Made by a program: the position numbers and the translations under genes
Notes under the pieces: generated by a model
What the model saw: only the letters and a program-made list of their open reading frames with translations
What the model was told of the DNA's origin: nothing
The model's database searches: none
Sequence record: OK570375
Length of the DNA stretch: 64,000 bases
DNA from: Escherichia phage UoN_LDJ77_1
Direction: 5' to 3' (one strand)
Shown: piece after piece, positions 33,165 through 45,149 of the stretch
Layout: each line of letters starts with the position of its first letter
How positions within the stretch are numbered: position 1 is the stretch's first letter

Positions 33165-33184
33165 GGACTCCCGAAGGAGTCCTC
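33165..33184 (-). terminator. terminator after 30.9-like ORF
   Basis: GGACUCC-UUCG-GGAGUCC followed by UUUUUU on minus strand. Confidence 0.7.
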
Positions 33185-33187
33185 AAC

Positions 33188-33364
33188 TTATGCTTTCTGC
33201 TTACCAAAACGAGAAGCATCATCTCGAAGAACCGCACGTGCTCGGCGCATGATCTTCTCAACAGTTTGATTGATACGAGAGTTCGACCCACGCTTGTAGC
33301 CAGCGCGTTTAGAATCACCAACTTTCTTTTCAACTGCTTTCTTTGCTTTAACTTGTTTTGCCAT
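33188..33364 (-). CDS. small basic protein (30.9-like position)
   Basis: Start taken at the second in-frame Met of the track ORF (MAKQVKAKK..., 58 aa); terminator hairpin follows. Confidence 0.5.
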   Translation of the reverse strand: MAKQVKAKKAVEKKVGDSKRAGYKRGSNSRINQTVEKIMRRARAVLRDDASRFGKQKA

Positions 33365-33608
33365 TATAAATTCTCTTTTAAATGAAAATGCAGGACTTAT
33401 TGGCATTGCCTGCGCAAGCCCTCAAGGGGAACATAGGTTTTTGGATATTTAACGACCAGGATAACCATAAACCCGTCATCATTCACATTCAAGAGGTACA
33501 CCATAAAACTGCCGGGGTCTTAAAACTATAATGATTCGCAAATCATTAATCAGACAGTTCGATGGCTCCTCGATTTAGCTCACACTAAGGCAGTGAATCT
33601 CCAATAAA

Positions 33609-33857
33609 TTACTTCAATGTTACCACAAAGTGACGAACTGCTTTTCGTGCAGCAGAAGCCAGAGGCTTAGCATACTTAAGTTCATCTTTTTCCTGAAGCT
33701 CAGCAGCTAATGCAGTTTGAGCAGGATTCAGATGTTTGAAATAACGCAGGATTTCAAGAGCTTCGGCTTCAACATCAATAGATGCGCCATAGTTTTCGTG
33801 ACCATTATTCCATGCGTTTCGTTGCAGTTCAAGAGCGTGTTGTAATTGTTTAATCAT
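33609..33857 (-). CDS. rIII: RIII lysis inhibition accessory protein
   Basis: 82-aa ORF, T4 rIII length and position next to gene 31. Confidence 0.85.
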   Translation of the reverse strand: MIKQLQHALELQRNAWNNGHENYGASIDVEAEALEILRYFKHLNPAQTALAAELQEKDELKYAKPLASAARKAVRHFVVTLK

Positions 33858-34004
33858 TTAAAAATTCTCGTTAGAGATTAAAACTCGGTAGTCACGTTCT
33901 TCTGAATTTCATCTTCTTTCGACAGATCTCTCAGTTGTAGACTACCACGTAGAATCGTTCGGTTAACTTATTATTCCGACACCCAATTCATATTATTATT
34001 TATA

Positions 34005-34340
34005 TCACTTATAAAGACACGGAATAGCTTTATAGTGACAAGTAACGAATTTTTGTTTAATTTCTTTTGGCTGCTTAAGACCCAGAGCTACAAAAGGATG
34101 CGGAACATTTCGAATTTGACCAACTGGAAGAGAAGTCAAATCACCGACTTCGCAGAAACCTTCAGGAACATCAGGACCAACAGAGTGAACTACACACAGT
34201 TCAGGAACTTCACCTTGAACACGTTTACCGATAATAAGTCCTGATTCTGTAACTTCTTCATCACCAGCTTGTGCAGGTTCAGAAACTAAAATAACATATT
34301 CACCGACAGCACGAATTGGTAGCTGTTGTACTTCAGACAT
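34005..34340 (-). CDS. 31: GroES-like co-chaperonin gp31
   Basis: 111-aa ORF, T4 gp31-like. Confidence 0.9.
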
Positions 34341-34396
34341 CGTTTTTCCTTTTTGTTAACAGATGAATTAATAATAACAAATAATTCTTAAAGCAT

Positions 34397-34705
34397 TTAT
34401 TTACCAATAAATTGGAGTAAATGCTCAACTTTCATACCATTAACAGAAATCAATTTGTCAATAGAAAAACCTCGCCATGCACCGAGTTCAACATCAAATA
34501 TCGGAATCATATCAGTAGATTCTTTCCGAGTAGATTCAGTCAATTTACCGGTTTGCATAGTTGGCATAAAGTCAGCATCACGAGTGCCTTTCATAGTACG
34601 AATAGTACCATCAGACTTTTCAAAAACCACGTTTGAAATACCCATGGACAATTTAGTTTTCAAAATTTCACGAATTGCTACTTTCTGTTCAGTTGTCAAT
34701 TTCAT
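34397..34705 (-). CDS. hypothetical protein (31.1 position)
   Basis: 102-aa ORF. Confidence 0.6.
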   Translation of the reverse strand: MKLTTEQKVAIREILKTKLSMGISNVVFEKSDGTIRTMKGTRDADFMPTMQTGKLTESTRKESTDMIPIFDVELGAWRGFSIDKLISVNGMKVEHLLQFIGK

Positions 34706-34942
34706 TTATTTACCTATTACAGTTTTAATATGGGTTGTTCCACGTTCTTTAAGAGTGGAAAGCAATTTTTGGCATTTTTCTAAATCAGATTTCCAACTAT
34801 ACGGTCTATCAATACAAACCCATTCTGACTTATAATACTGCTTCCATTTAGAGAAAAAATATTTCTTATACTCTACAGCAAATGAAATGTTCTCGTTAGA
34901 ATAAGAACTAATTGCTGTGAGCTGTACCAAACGAAATTTCAT
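34706..34942 (-). CDS. hypothetical protein (31.2 position)
   Basis: 78-aa ORF. Confidence 0.55.
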   Translation of the reverse strand: MKFRLVQLTAISSYSNENISFAVEYKKYFFSKWKQYYKSEWVCIDRPYSWKSDLEKCQKLLSTLKERGTTHIKTVIGK

Positions 34943-35523
34943 TATTCACCACAGAATTCGTTGATATTTTCCCAATTTAACTTATTTAAGTTTTTCTTAG
35001 GAACATTAAACACTTCAATACCCGCATTTCGCAGAATATCATCCCAGCCAGGTTTATTTTTATCGTATGTTTCGCAATAAACCAACTTTTTAATTCCAGA
35101 TTGAGCTATCGCTTTTGCACAATCTGGGCAAGGAGAAAGTGTTACATACATAGTAGCACCTTCAATTGAAGAACCATTTCGCGCAGCAAACAAAATCGCA
35201 TTTTGTTCAGCATGAATTTCATTTTTAGACGACCATTCAGAGTGAGCGCTACGGTGTTCTTTCGCCAAGACAAAGCGATCAGTTGAACCAAATGATACGC
35301 ATTCAGGCTTATGGCCTTGAATGATAGTGTGTTTAGGCTTATTCAACAACCAACCTTGCTCAGCAGCATAATCACAACAGTTCACACCTCCTGCGGGTGA
35401 ACCATTATATCCGGTAGAAATAATACGTCCATTCTTTTCAATTACTGCTCCTACCTTCCAGGAGCAACATTTTGATTCTTGTGATACTAAATATGCAATT
35501 TGAAGTACTGTACTCGCTTTCAT
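34942..35523 (-). CDS. cd: dCMP deaminase
   Basis: 193-aa ORF; zinc-deaminase motifs HAEQNAI and PCPDCAKAI. Confidence 0.95.
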   Translation of the reverse strand: MKASTVLQIAYLVSQESKCCSWKVGAVIEKNGRIISTGYNGSPAGGVNCCDYAAEQGWLLNKPKHTIIQGHKPECVSFGSTDRFVLAKEHRSAHSEWSSKNEIHAEQNAILFAARNGSSIEGATMYVTLSPCPDCAKAIAQSGIKKLVYCETYDKNKPGWDDILRNAGIEVFNVPKKNLNKLNWENINEFCGE

Positions 35524-35858
35524 TTCATAATCACCAGATAAGCAGATTTAGCAGTTTCAACACGATAAATTTCGTGACGAAGTTTAGTTATACTTTTAAT
35601 AACAGAACTAATTATATTCTGCCCATCTTTAAAGCGGTTTTTCTTATCAATAAAAATTGCGCCAACCATCTTTTTGTGAAGCTCAACTGGATACTTCGTC
35701 ACAATAATAGCATCATATACAGAAGGATGAATACTATTTACTAGAGTGTCATTCATTAAAGTTATTCTAATGAACTGTGCTGTTTCAGAGTCAAGCGCTC
35801 TATGATCGCCAGTATCATTTTCAAGACAATTATCAATTATATCAGTTAAATTCATCAT
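35520..35858 (-). CDS. hypothetical protein
   Basis: 112-aa ORF overlapping cd start. Confidence 0.55.
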   Translation of the reverse strand: MMNLTDIIDNCLENDTGDHRALDSETAQFIRITLMNDTLVNSIHPSVYDAIIVTKYPVELHKKMVGAIFIDKKNRFKDGQNIISSVIKSITKLRHEIYRVETAKSAYLVIMK

Positions 35859-36091
35859 AGTACGCCATACACCCTTTGTGCTTCAACTAATCCATCAAAA
35901 TCCAATTTGAGATGTGTTATTTGATCACCATCACCTGGATTCACAATTACTAATACTGAACGAGGAGTTTCGGTAATAACACGAACCGATGTTTCAGGAA
36001 ATCGTTCAGAAACCTTATTTACCAATTCCTGAGCAAATAGTTTAACTTTTTCTTGGAATTCTTTAACAGTAATTGGTTTTTCACTTAGCAT
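35855..36091 (-). CDS. hypothetical protein
   Basis: 78-aa ORF. Confidence 0.55.
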   Translation of the reverse strand: MLSEKPITVKEFQEKVKLFAQELVNKVSERFPETSVRVITETPRSVLVIVNPGDGDQITHLKLDFDGLVEAQRVYGVL

Positions 36092-36153
36092 TTCAATTTC
36101 CTCATTTGTTTTGGTAGAGCTATAATATCACAACTCTACCAAAAAGTAAACTA

Positions 36154-36435
36154 TTAAATTGCCTTGAATTCTGATGTCTGTGATTCAAAGCGAATATCGC
36201 CTTTGATGACTAGCTCAGCATCAAGACCAAATACGACAATGATATGCGCGGAACCCGGATACAGCGTAATTGCAATAGAATCCACCTGGTCTGGAAGCAA
36301 AGTATTCAATACATGAGTCACTTGAGCATGAATTCGAAGCTCGGCTGCGTTATCAAGCTTTTCAAACATATTATTAGCGATAATTTGACTAAACACTACT
36401 TCTACGATTTTAGAATAAGTCGGAAACATATTCAC
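36154..36435 (-). CDS. hypothetical protein
   Basis: 93-aa ORF. Confidence 0.55.
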   Translation of the reverse strand: MNMFPTYSKIVEVVFSQIIANNMFEKLDNAAELRIHAQVTHVLNTLLPDQVDSIAITLYPGSAHIIVVFGLDAELVIKGDIRFESQTSEFKAI

Positions 36436-36624
36436 CTCACATAATTTTCTTCAAGCCAATTAATAACATCCAACGCATTATCAAAAGTTGAACCATCTAC
36501 TATTTCTTCTGTTTCATAATCAAGAATATCTAAGTCTACTCTTCCATCAACAATAGGCCATAAACAAAATAGATATTTCTTTTCTTTTTCAATTTTATCA
36601 CAAAGTTGATAAATCTTTTCTATG

Positions 36625-36632
<8 letters not shown>
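36432..36632 (-). CDS. hypothetical protein
   Basis: 66-aa ORF. Confidence 0.5.
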
Positions 36633-38043
<1,411 letters not shown>

Positions 38044-38047
<4 letters not shown>

Positions 38048-38280
38048 TTATTTTTCTCAACTAATGATTGAATATAATCATGCAGATCTTTAGACGCCTT
38101 AGCCCAATTATTTTGATATTCATTTTTAAGATTAGCACGAGATTGAGCTAATAAAACATCATTAGTTGGAGGTAAAGATTCTAACCGCTGAATCTGGCGT
38201 CCGTAAATCATTGCAGCCATCTCGGATTCATAAATCAATCCTTTTAAATGTTCAAATTGATGCCATGAAATCATTTGCAT
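38044..38280 (-). CDS. hypothetical protein
   Basis: 78-aa ORF. Confidence 0.55.
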
Positions 38281-38570
38281 TTATCCTCTTTTAACTCTTT
38301 ACGATAATAACATATCATAGTTTTTTGATCATGTACATATCGTTTTACATCATTAAGCCAAATACGAAATTCCTGGGAATCTTCAAATGGCATACCGACC
38401 CAAGCTTTACCATCAATAACTTTAACTTGCCAGGATAGTTTAGCTTCGTCATATGACTTTATTTGTACAGGCCAATTAGGATGAACTGTTTCTTTCTTTA
38501 CTTCTAGAGGCTTTGTCGAACAACCAACTAGAAGACCAATAGATAATATTACTGCTGATAGTTTAATCAT
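38271..38570 (-). CDS. outer-membrane spanin (Rz1-like lipoprotein)
   Basis: 99-aa ORF with signal peptide and lipobox LLVGC; overlaps upstream i-spanin. Confidence 0.7.
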   Translation of the reverse strand: MIKLSAVILSIGLLVGCSTKPLEVKKETVHPNWPVQIKSYDEAKLSWQVKVIDGKAWVGMPFEDSQEFRIWLNDVKRYVHDQKTMICYYRKELKEDKCK

Positions 38571-38920
38571 TTAGAAAGGTCCTGGATGTCTTCTGCGAAC
38601 TTGTTGAAGGAGTTGTTGATTTGTTTTTCAACCAATCCTGGCTTACGAGCCACCACATCCGCCTTCTTTACGTCTTTGCGCAGTTTTTCATTTTCACGCT
38701 CAATAGCAGCAATCGCCTCACGATTTTTATTATTCATCGCATCAATATAATTATACTGAATTCGCAAATTATTTAATGCTAAAGCGTTTTCATTGGCCGT
38801 TTTTGTAATTTCAGTAACTGATGTTTCTAATCTTTCTACCTTATTTTTTAAAATAATAGATGTTCCGCCTAATGCTATTACAATTAATAGCAAACCTGCT
38901 GTAGTATTACTTAATTGCAT
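38567..38920 (-). CDS. inner-membrane spanin (Rz-like)
   Basis: 117-aa ORF; N-terminal TM helix then coiled-coil periplasmic domain. Confidence 0.7.
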   Translation of the reverse strand: MQLSNTTAGLLLIVIALGGTSIILKNKVERLETSVTEITKTANENALALNNLRIQYNYIDAMNNKNREAIAAIERENEKLRKDVKKADVVARKPGLVEKQINNSFNKFAEDIQDLSK

Positions 38921-39417
38921 AAAGTTTTAATAACCTCTACAATATCATCTTGAGAAAGACCGTTAATTAAAATATGATGTTCAGCCGGAGATTTAGAAAT
39001 TTTAAAGCATGCCTCAACATCTTCTGCCATATCCGATGCACTACGATTTGGATTACTAATTCCAAGACGATGCTTTCCAGTCAAAGGATTAACGATGATA
39101 TAGCATTTACAGCTATTGATATGAACATTGGGCTGAGTCTGATTAATGAACACTTCACAATCATACTTAGCGAGTTGATTTTCTAAAAAGACTTTCATCT
39201 CCTCAACCGCATCAGGAAGCATATCACGGGCTTGCTCAAGACGACGATTTCGATATTCTTTAATGGTAGTTTTCCGCTTGACTTGCTTAGCTAAATCTTT
39301 CTTAAGATCGGTGATATATCCAACTCGACGATTTCCTTTGAATACAGAAATCCCATCTGTAGTATCACCGTATGCTTCAACGACCATCTCAGTAGTAATA
39401 AGCTGCAAATCCATCAT
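38911..39417 (-). CDS. alc: Alc transcription unfolding/termination protein
   Basis: 168-aa ORF; early promoter cassette upstream. Confidence 0.85.
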   Translation of the reverse strand: MMDLQLITTEMVVEAYGDTTDGISVFKGNRRVGYITDLKKDLAKQVKRKTTIKEYRNRRLEQARDMLPDAVEEMKVFLENQLAKYDCEVFINQTQPNVHINSCKCYIIVNPLTGKHRLGISNPNRSASDMAEDVEACFKISKSPAEHHILINGLSQDDIVEVIKTLCN

Positions 39418-39440
39418 AAAGTCCTCATGTTATGTCAGTA

Positions 39441-39474
39441 AGACTACTATAACACAACATGAGGGACTTGTAAA
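39441..39474 (-). promoter_or_regulatory. early promoter (GTTTAC-17-TATAGT) upstream of alc
   Basis: Second copy of the 54-bp cassette, one mismatch. Confidence 0.55.
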
Positions 39475-39478
39475 CAGC

Positions 39479-41066
<1,588 letters not shown>

Positions 41067-41096
41067 AATAAAATGGGCCTTGCGGCCCACTCCTTA
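41067..41096 (-). promoter_or_regulatory. split ribosome-binding site of denA: AAGGAG, 14-nt hairpin, AUG
   Basis: Minus strand AAGGAG-UG-GGCCGCAAGGCCC-AUUUUAUU-AUG; GNRA-type hairpin between SD and ATG 41066. Confidence 0.5.
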
Positions 41097-41597
41097 AAAA
41101 TATTTTTTAAAACTCATCATAACTTTATCATCAACATCATTATCAATCTGTGCAACAAGATAAGATGACAGTTCTACTTCTTGTGGCGCGGATTGAACAT
41201 TATCAGAATTAAGGTATTCACGAATCCAAGGATATGGATGTTTAACCGGAGCATCGGTAATTGGGCATGGAAGACCGCACTGTTTCATACGAGATACAGT
41301 TAAATAATCAATAAAGCTCCACATGCTATTTGTATTTAATCCAGGAACATCGCCGTCTTTAAATAAATGAATTGCCCAATCTTTTTCTTGGCGGTTAACT
41401 TCCATGAAAATATCAACTGCTTCTTGTTCACACTCTTGAGCAATTTTAACCCATTCATCGCCATCAGTGCCAAGTTGAAGTTGACGAATAATATATTGGG
41501 TGCCTTTAAGGTGAAGCTGCTCATCACGTGCAATGAACTTCATAATCTTGGCATTACCTTCCATGATTTCCATATTCTTGTGGAAGTTAAAGGTACC
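41094..41597 (-). CDS. nrdB: ribonucleotide reductase beta subunit NrdB, exon 2 (5' boundary approximate)
   Basis: Aligns with NrdB C-terminal half (MEGNAK...ARDEQLH iron ligand); reading frame open upstream only to 41624. Confidence 0.85.
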   Translation of the reverse strand, partial: GTFNFHKNMEIMEGNAKIMKFIARDEQLHLKGTQYIIRQLQLGTDGDEWVKIAQECEQEAVDIFMEVNRQEKDWAIHLFKDGDVPGLNTNSMWSFIDYLTVSRMKQCGLPCPITDAPVKHPYPWIREYLNSDNVQSAPQEVELSSYLVAQIDNDVDDKVMMSFKKYF

Positions 41598-41732
41598 GTT
41601 ATGTTCGATTGAGCTCGCTAATTCTCAACCCGTTCTCTTATGAACTGCTACATATTACTATGCAGACCAGACTATATCACAATCCCAGAGGGATTCTCCC
41701 CATTTCGAGTCGCTTGACCCTACGTCCGAAGA

Positions 41733-42542
41733 CTAGTCGTTGAACCTTGCTTTACAATTGTCGCCGTGCCATCGTTTATATGTTGATGGTGATAAATCTT
41801 TCTTATCACAATATGGACAATTCAATTGAATTCTATTTGGATTTAATTTACATCTGTCATTATGTTTTAGATAAAATCCAGGACCTTTACCAATGTGACC
41901 GCAGAAATCACATGTGATTTCTTTTTGTGCAGGATGGGTCCCGTTCTTAACCATTTCTAATGTTTTTGCTGATGTTCTTTTCTTATGGTCTTCTGACAAG
42001 AAATGATGTGAACCGTCATTTACCCGTTTTGATTGAGTTTCTGACTGCATTTTACCACCGCAAAATACATGAGTACCTTCTTTTATAGCTGCAATATTGC
42101 GTTCTTTAACTTTTGCAATATGCTCAGCTTGTTGAAAATTATGTATACCTAATGCAACTCTATTTAAATTAGATTTACGCTGTATTTCACCGTCTAAAAG
42201 ATGAAATGTACCATTTTCTATCTTAGATTTAATAGAGGCAATATTTTTAGCTCGTACTTCAGGGATATTAAAAATCTGGATTTCTCTAGATTTTGCGGCT
42301 TTAGAAGCTAATTCAGAAATTTCTTCAGGAGAATATTTCATTCTAAGCTTTATAGCATGACAAGCCTGGTAATCTTTTTGAGCTAAATGTATATCATAAT
42401 GTTCCTGTATAGAAAGGCACATCAAATTATCTAAATCATTATTTTCACGGTTACCGTCTTTATGATGGATTTCGTATGTTCTTCCATCAGAATCTTTAGG
42501 TATAGGTCCGTTAGCATCTATCCAAATTTTTCTATAGTTCAA
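41733..42542 (-). CDS. I-TevIII-like HNH homing endonuclease with C-terminal zinc finger
   Basis: 269-aa ORF inside intron; HNH motif EIHHKDGNRENN...QEH; CDFCGH/CPYCDK zinc finger; apparent TTG start preceded by AAGAGGA. Confidence 0.8.
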   Translation of the reverse strand: MNYRKIWIDANGPIPKDSDGRTYEIHHKDGNRENNDLDNLMCLSIQEHYDIHLAQKDYQACHAIKLRMKYSPEEISELASKAAKSREIQIFNIPEVRAKNIASIKSKIENGTFHLLDGEIQRKSNLNRVALGIHNFQQAEHIAKVKERNIAAIKEGTHVFCGGKMQSETQSKRVNDGSHHFLSEDHKKRTSAKTLEMVKNGTHPAQKEITCDFCGHIGKGPGFYLKHNDRCKLNPNRIQLNCPYCDKKDLSPSTYKRWHGDNCKARFND

Positions 42543-42569
42543 TTGTGCATCCTCTTAAAAGTATAATCA

Positions 42570-42577
42570 TATTTATA
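42570..42577 (-). promoter_or_regulatory. late promoter TATAAATA inside nrdB intron (I-TevIII-like ORF)
   Basis: Minus-strand TATAAATA 28 nt upstream of endonuclease ORF start. Confidence 0.6.
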
Positions 42578-42688
42578 TTATACTAATTAAAGGTGCAAGC
42601 AAAACCTTGGCTGCTAGTTTTCCTATAAAGGACTTTCCAGCAATTAAAGGAGTTTTCGATAAACGTTACCGTTTAAAGGCGCATTTTA

Positions 42689-43363
42689 CGCAAAAGATAC
42701 ATAAAAACGAATAGCTTCTAAGGCATTAATAACGTGTAAACAGAGGTAAAGAGACTTCATTAAAGCACGTTTAGCTTCGGCTTCTTGTTTAATAGCTCGG
42801 TTTAAACGAAAGTCGGCATCAGGAGATTCTTTAGCTAGTTCTACAAATTCTTTAGCATTTTCCCATTCACGGGTTTTAACCAAGACATCATCATAATAGC
42901 GACCGATAGATTCAGCACGTTTCATGATAGCTTCATCTAATACAATCTCATCAAATACCTTCGATGGATCAGTATAAAGATTTCGCATGATATGAGTATA
43001 TGAACGACTGTGAATAGTTTCACTAAAAGTCCATGTAGCAACCCATGTATCAAGGCTTGGGTCTGAAATTAATGACATAAGTACAGCAGACGGCGCACGG
43101 CCCTGAATGCTATCCAAAAGTGATTGATACTTCAGGTTGTTAGTAAAAATATTTTGCTGATACTGAGGAAGCTTATTAAACTGTGCAGCATCCATCATTA
43201 AGTTTACTTCTTCGGGACGCCAGAAAAATGATAAGGACTTCTCTGTAAGTTCTTCAAATACTCGATGCCGTTGAATATCATAACGCGCAATACCAAGACC
43301 TGAACCAAAAAACATAGGTTCTTTTAAAACATCAACTGGATTTGTATTAAAAACTGTGCTCAT
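42689..43363 (-). CDS. nrdB: ribonucleotide reductase beta subunit NrdB, exon 1
   Basis: 225 codons ending ...RFYVSFA then in-frame stop inside the intron. Confidence 0.85.
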
Positions 43364-43414
43364 AAATTTTCCGCTTAGTTAATAGTTGGTGACTCGTCCA
43401 TGAGTCAAATTATA

Positions 43415-44404
43415 TCATAATTTACAGGATGAACAATCTTCAGCTTTTGGAGTTTCTATTTCATAATCATCAGTACCAGAACCATCACGGGTATTATGAT
43501 AATAGAAATTTTTTCCGCCAAAATACCAAAAATACAAAAGGTCATCAATCATTATTGACATTGGAACCTTGCCTTTAGGGAAGATTTGGGGGTCATAATA
43601 TGTATTCGCTGAAGCTGATTGACACACCCATTTCAGCATAATAGCTACCTGCGTAAGATAAGGTTTATTACCTTTCTTAGCTAATTTCCATGTATAGTCG
43701 TAAAGGTCTATGTTATGCTCAATATTGGGCACGACCTGATTAAAGGAGCCCTCTTTTGATTCTTTAACAGAGACTGGTCCACGTGGAGGCTCGATACCGT
43801 TTGTACTGTTAGAAACTTGGGAAGATGACTCACATGGCATAAGTGCTGATAATGTGCTATTACGGATGCCAAAGAGCTTAAGGTCTTCCCGCAGCGACGA
43901 CCAGTCACAAACGTATTTTGGAGCTGCGATTTGGTCAATCTTTTTATTGTACCAGTCGATAGGTAATTCGCCTCGAGACCAACGAGTGTCTGAATAATAT
44001 TCGCAAGGTCCTTTTTCTTTGGCGAGCTTAATGGATGCTTTAATGAGTCCATACTGTAATCTCTCAAATAGTTCATGTGTTAAATCGTTAGCATCTTCAT
44101 AAGAAGCAAAGTTACTTGCCAGCCAAGCTGCATAGTTAGTAACACCTACACCGAGGTTACGACGCTTTTTAGCTTTTTCTGCTTCAGGAACCGGATATCC
44201 TTGGTAATCCAAAAGATTATCAAGAGCACGAACTTGAACTTCTGCTAATTCATTAATTTTATCTTGGTCTTGCCAGTCAAAATTATCTAGTACGAATGCA
44301 GAGAGAGTACAAAGCCCCACTTCTCCCTTGTTTTCAATAACTTTTATTGTAGTATACTCATCATCTTCGTAAAATTCATCTACAAATTCATAATCAATAT
44401 TCAT
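43415..44404 (-). CDS. nrdA: ribonucleotide reductase alpha subunit, C-terminal part (NrdA-b or exon 2)
   Basis: 329-aa ORF; NrdA homology from GEVGLCTLSAF to C-terminal CSSCKL; first ~26 residues are acidic and not NrdA-like. Confidence 0.85.
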   Translation of the reverse strand: MNIDYEFVDEFYEDDEYTTIKVIENKGEVGLCTLSAFVLDNFDWQDQDKINELAEVQVRALDNLLDYQGYPVPEAEKAKKRRNLGVGVTNYAAWLASNFASYEDANDLTHELFERLQYGLIKASIKLAKEKGPCEYYSDTRWSRGELPIDWYNKKIDQIAAPKYVCDWSSLREDLKLFGIRNSTLSALMPCESSSQVSNSTNGIEPPRGPVSVKESKEGSFNQVVPNIEHNIDLYDYTWKLAKKGNKPYLTQVAIMLKWVCQSASANTYYDPQIFPKGKVPMSIMIDDLLYFWYFGGKNFYYHNTRDGSGTDDYEIETPKAEDCSSCKL

Positions 44405-45104
44405 TTAATTCTTTTACCTTTTTTCTAGTAATTCCTAAAGTTTTAGATGCTCGATGTATTGATTGATATTCTATACCGTTTATTTTTACAGCAATTAAGT
44501 TATGGGGTTTTAATCCCTTTGGATGAGGTTTACTGACGAAAACTAAATTATCAAGTTCTGAAATCTTATCCAATTTCTTACACTTAAATCCTTTGTGATG
44601 CGACCGTTTACCTTTACAAACGGCTGACATTGCAGATGGATTTAAATTATGCTCTTTACAAAATTCGTTAAGACCTCGATGAATTTCCTCATGACCATCC
44701 GGAAATGTAAACACCCAAGATGTTTGAAGTCGAGATTTAACTTCTGGAGACATAGGAATACCTTTGTTCCAAGCTGGTTTTCCTTTATTATTTTCAGATA
44801 CAGAAATAGCCAATTTTCTTCTAAGCCACCCATGGCGTTTATTGGTGTTCTTTCGTTCAATATTATCTTCAGAATAAACACACATCATATTAGCGGCAAA
44901 TATCAATTTATGATTATTTGGATATATCTTTACTAATAATTGATGAGCTATGTAATGCTCTTCTGGTGTCAAATCTACCAGGTTTTCCTTTGTATCAGAA
45001 CCACCAATACACAGAGGTATAATATGGTGTGATTCGGTATAGCAATCTAATTTTCTATTCTTAGCTTTAGAAATAAGGTTATTGTAAATTTTAAAATAAT
45101 CCAT
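44394..45104 (-). CDS. HNH endonuclease inserted within nrdA
   Basis: 236-aa ORF; HNH motif ESHHIIPLCIGGSDTKENLV...EEHYIAHQ; strong SD (AGAGGA) upstream. Confidence 0.85.
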   Translation of the reverse strand: MDYFKIYNNLISKAKNRKLDCYTESHHIIPLCIGGSDTKENLVDLTPEEHYIAHQLLVKIYPNNHKLIFAANMMCVYSEDNIERKNTNKRHGWLRRKLAISVSENNKGKPAWNKGIPMSPEVKSRLQTSWVFTFPDGHEEIHRGLNEFCKEHNLNPSAMSAVCKGKRSHHKGFKCKKLDKISELDNLVFVSKPHPKGLKPHNLIAVKINGIEYQSIHRASKTLGITRKKVKELNEY

Positions 45105-45149
45105 AACTTTTCCTCTTGTTATGGATTATTTATTAACGGTCTGTGTACT

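Larger units (their letters stand above)
41598..42688 (-). mobile_element. group I intron in nrdB carrying a homing endonuclease gene (boundaries approximate, +/-10 nt)
   Basis: About 1.09 kb separates the two NrdB-homologous ORF segments; same host gene as the T4/RB3 nrdB intron. Confidence 0.75.

Noticed and set aside
33371-33520. 49-aa plus-strand ORF in the 30.9-rIII gap
   Set aside because: Opposite orientation to the surrounding operon, no SD, and no supporting features; treated as non-coding.
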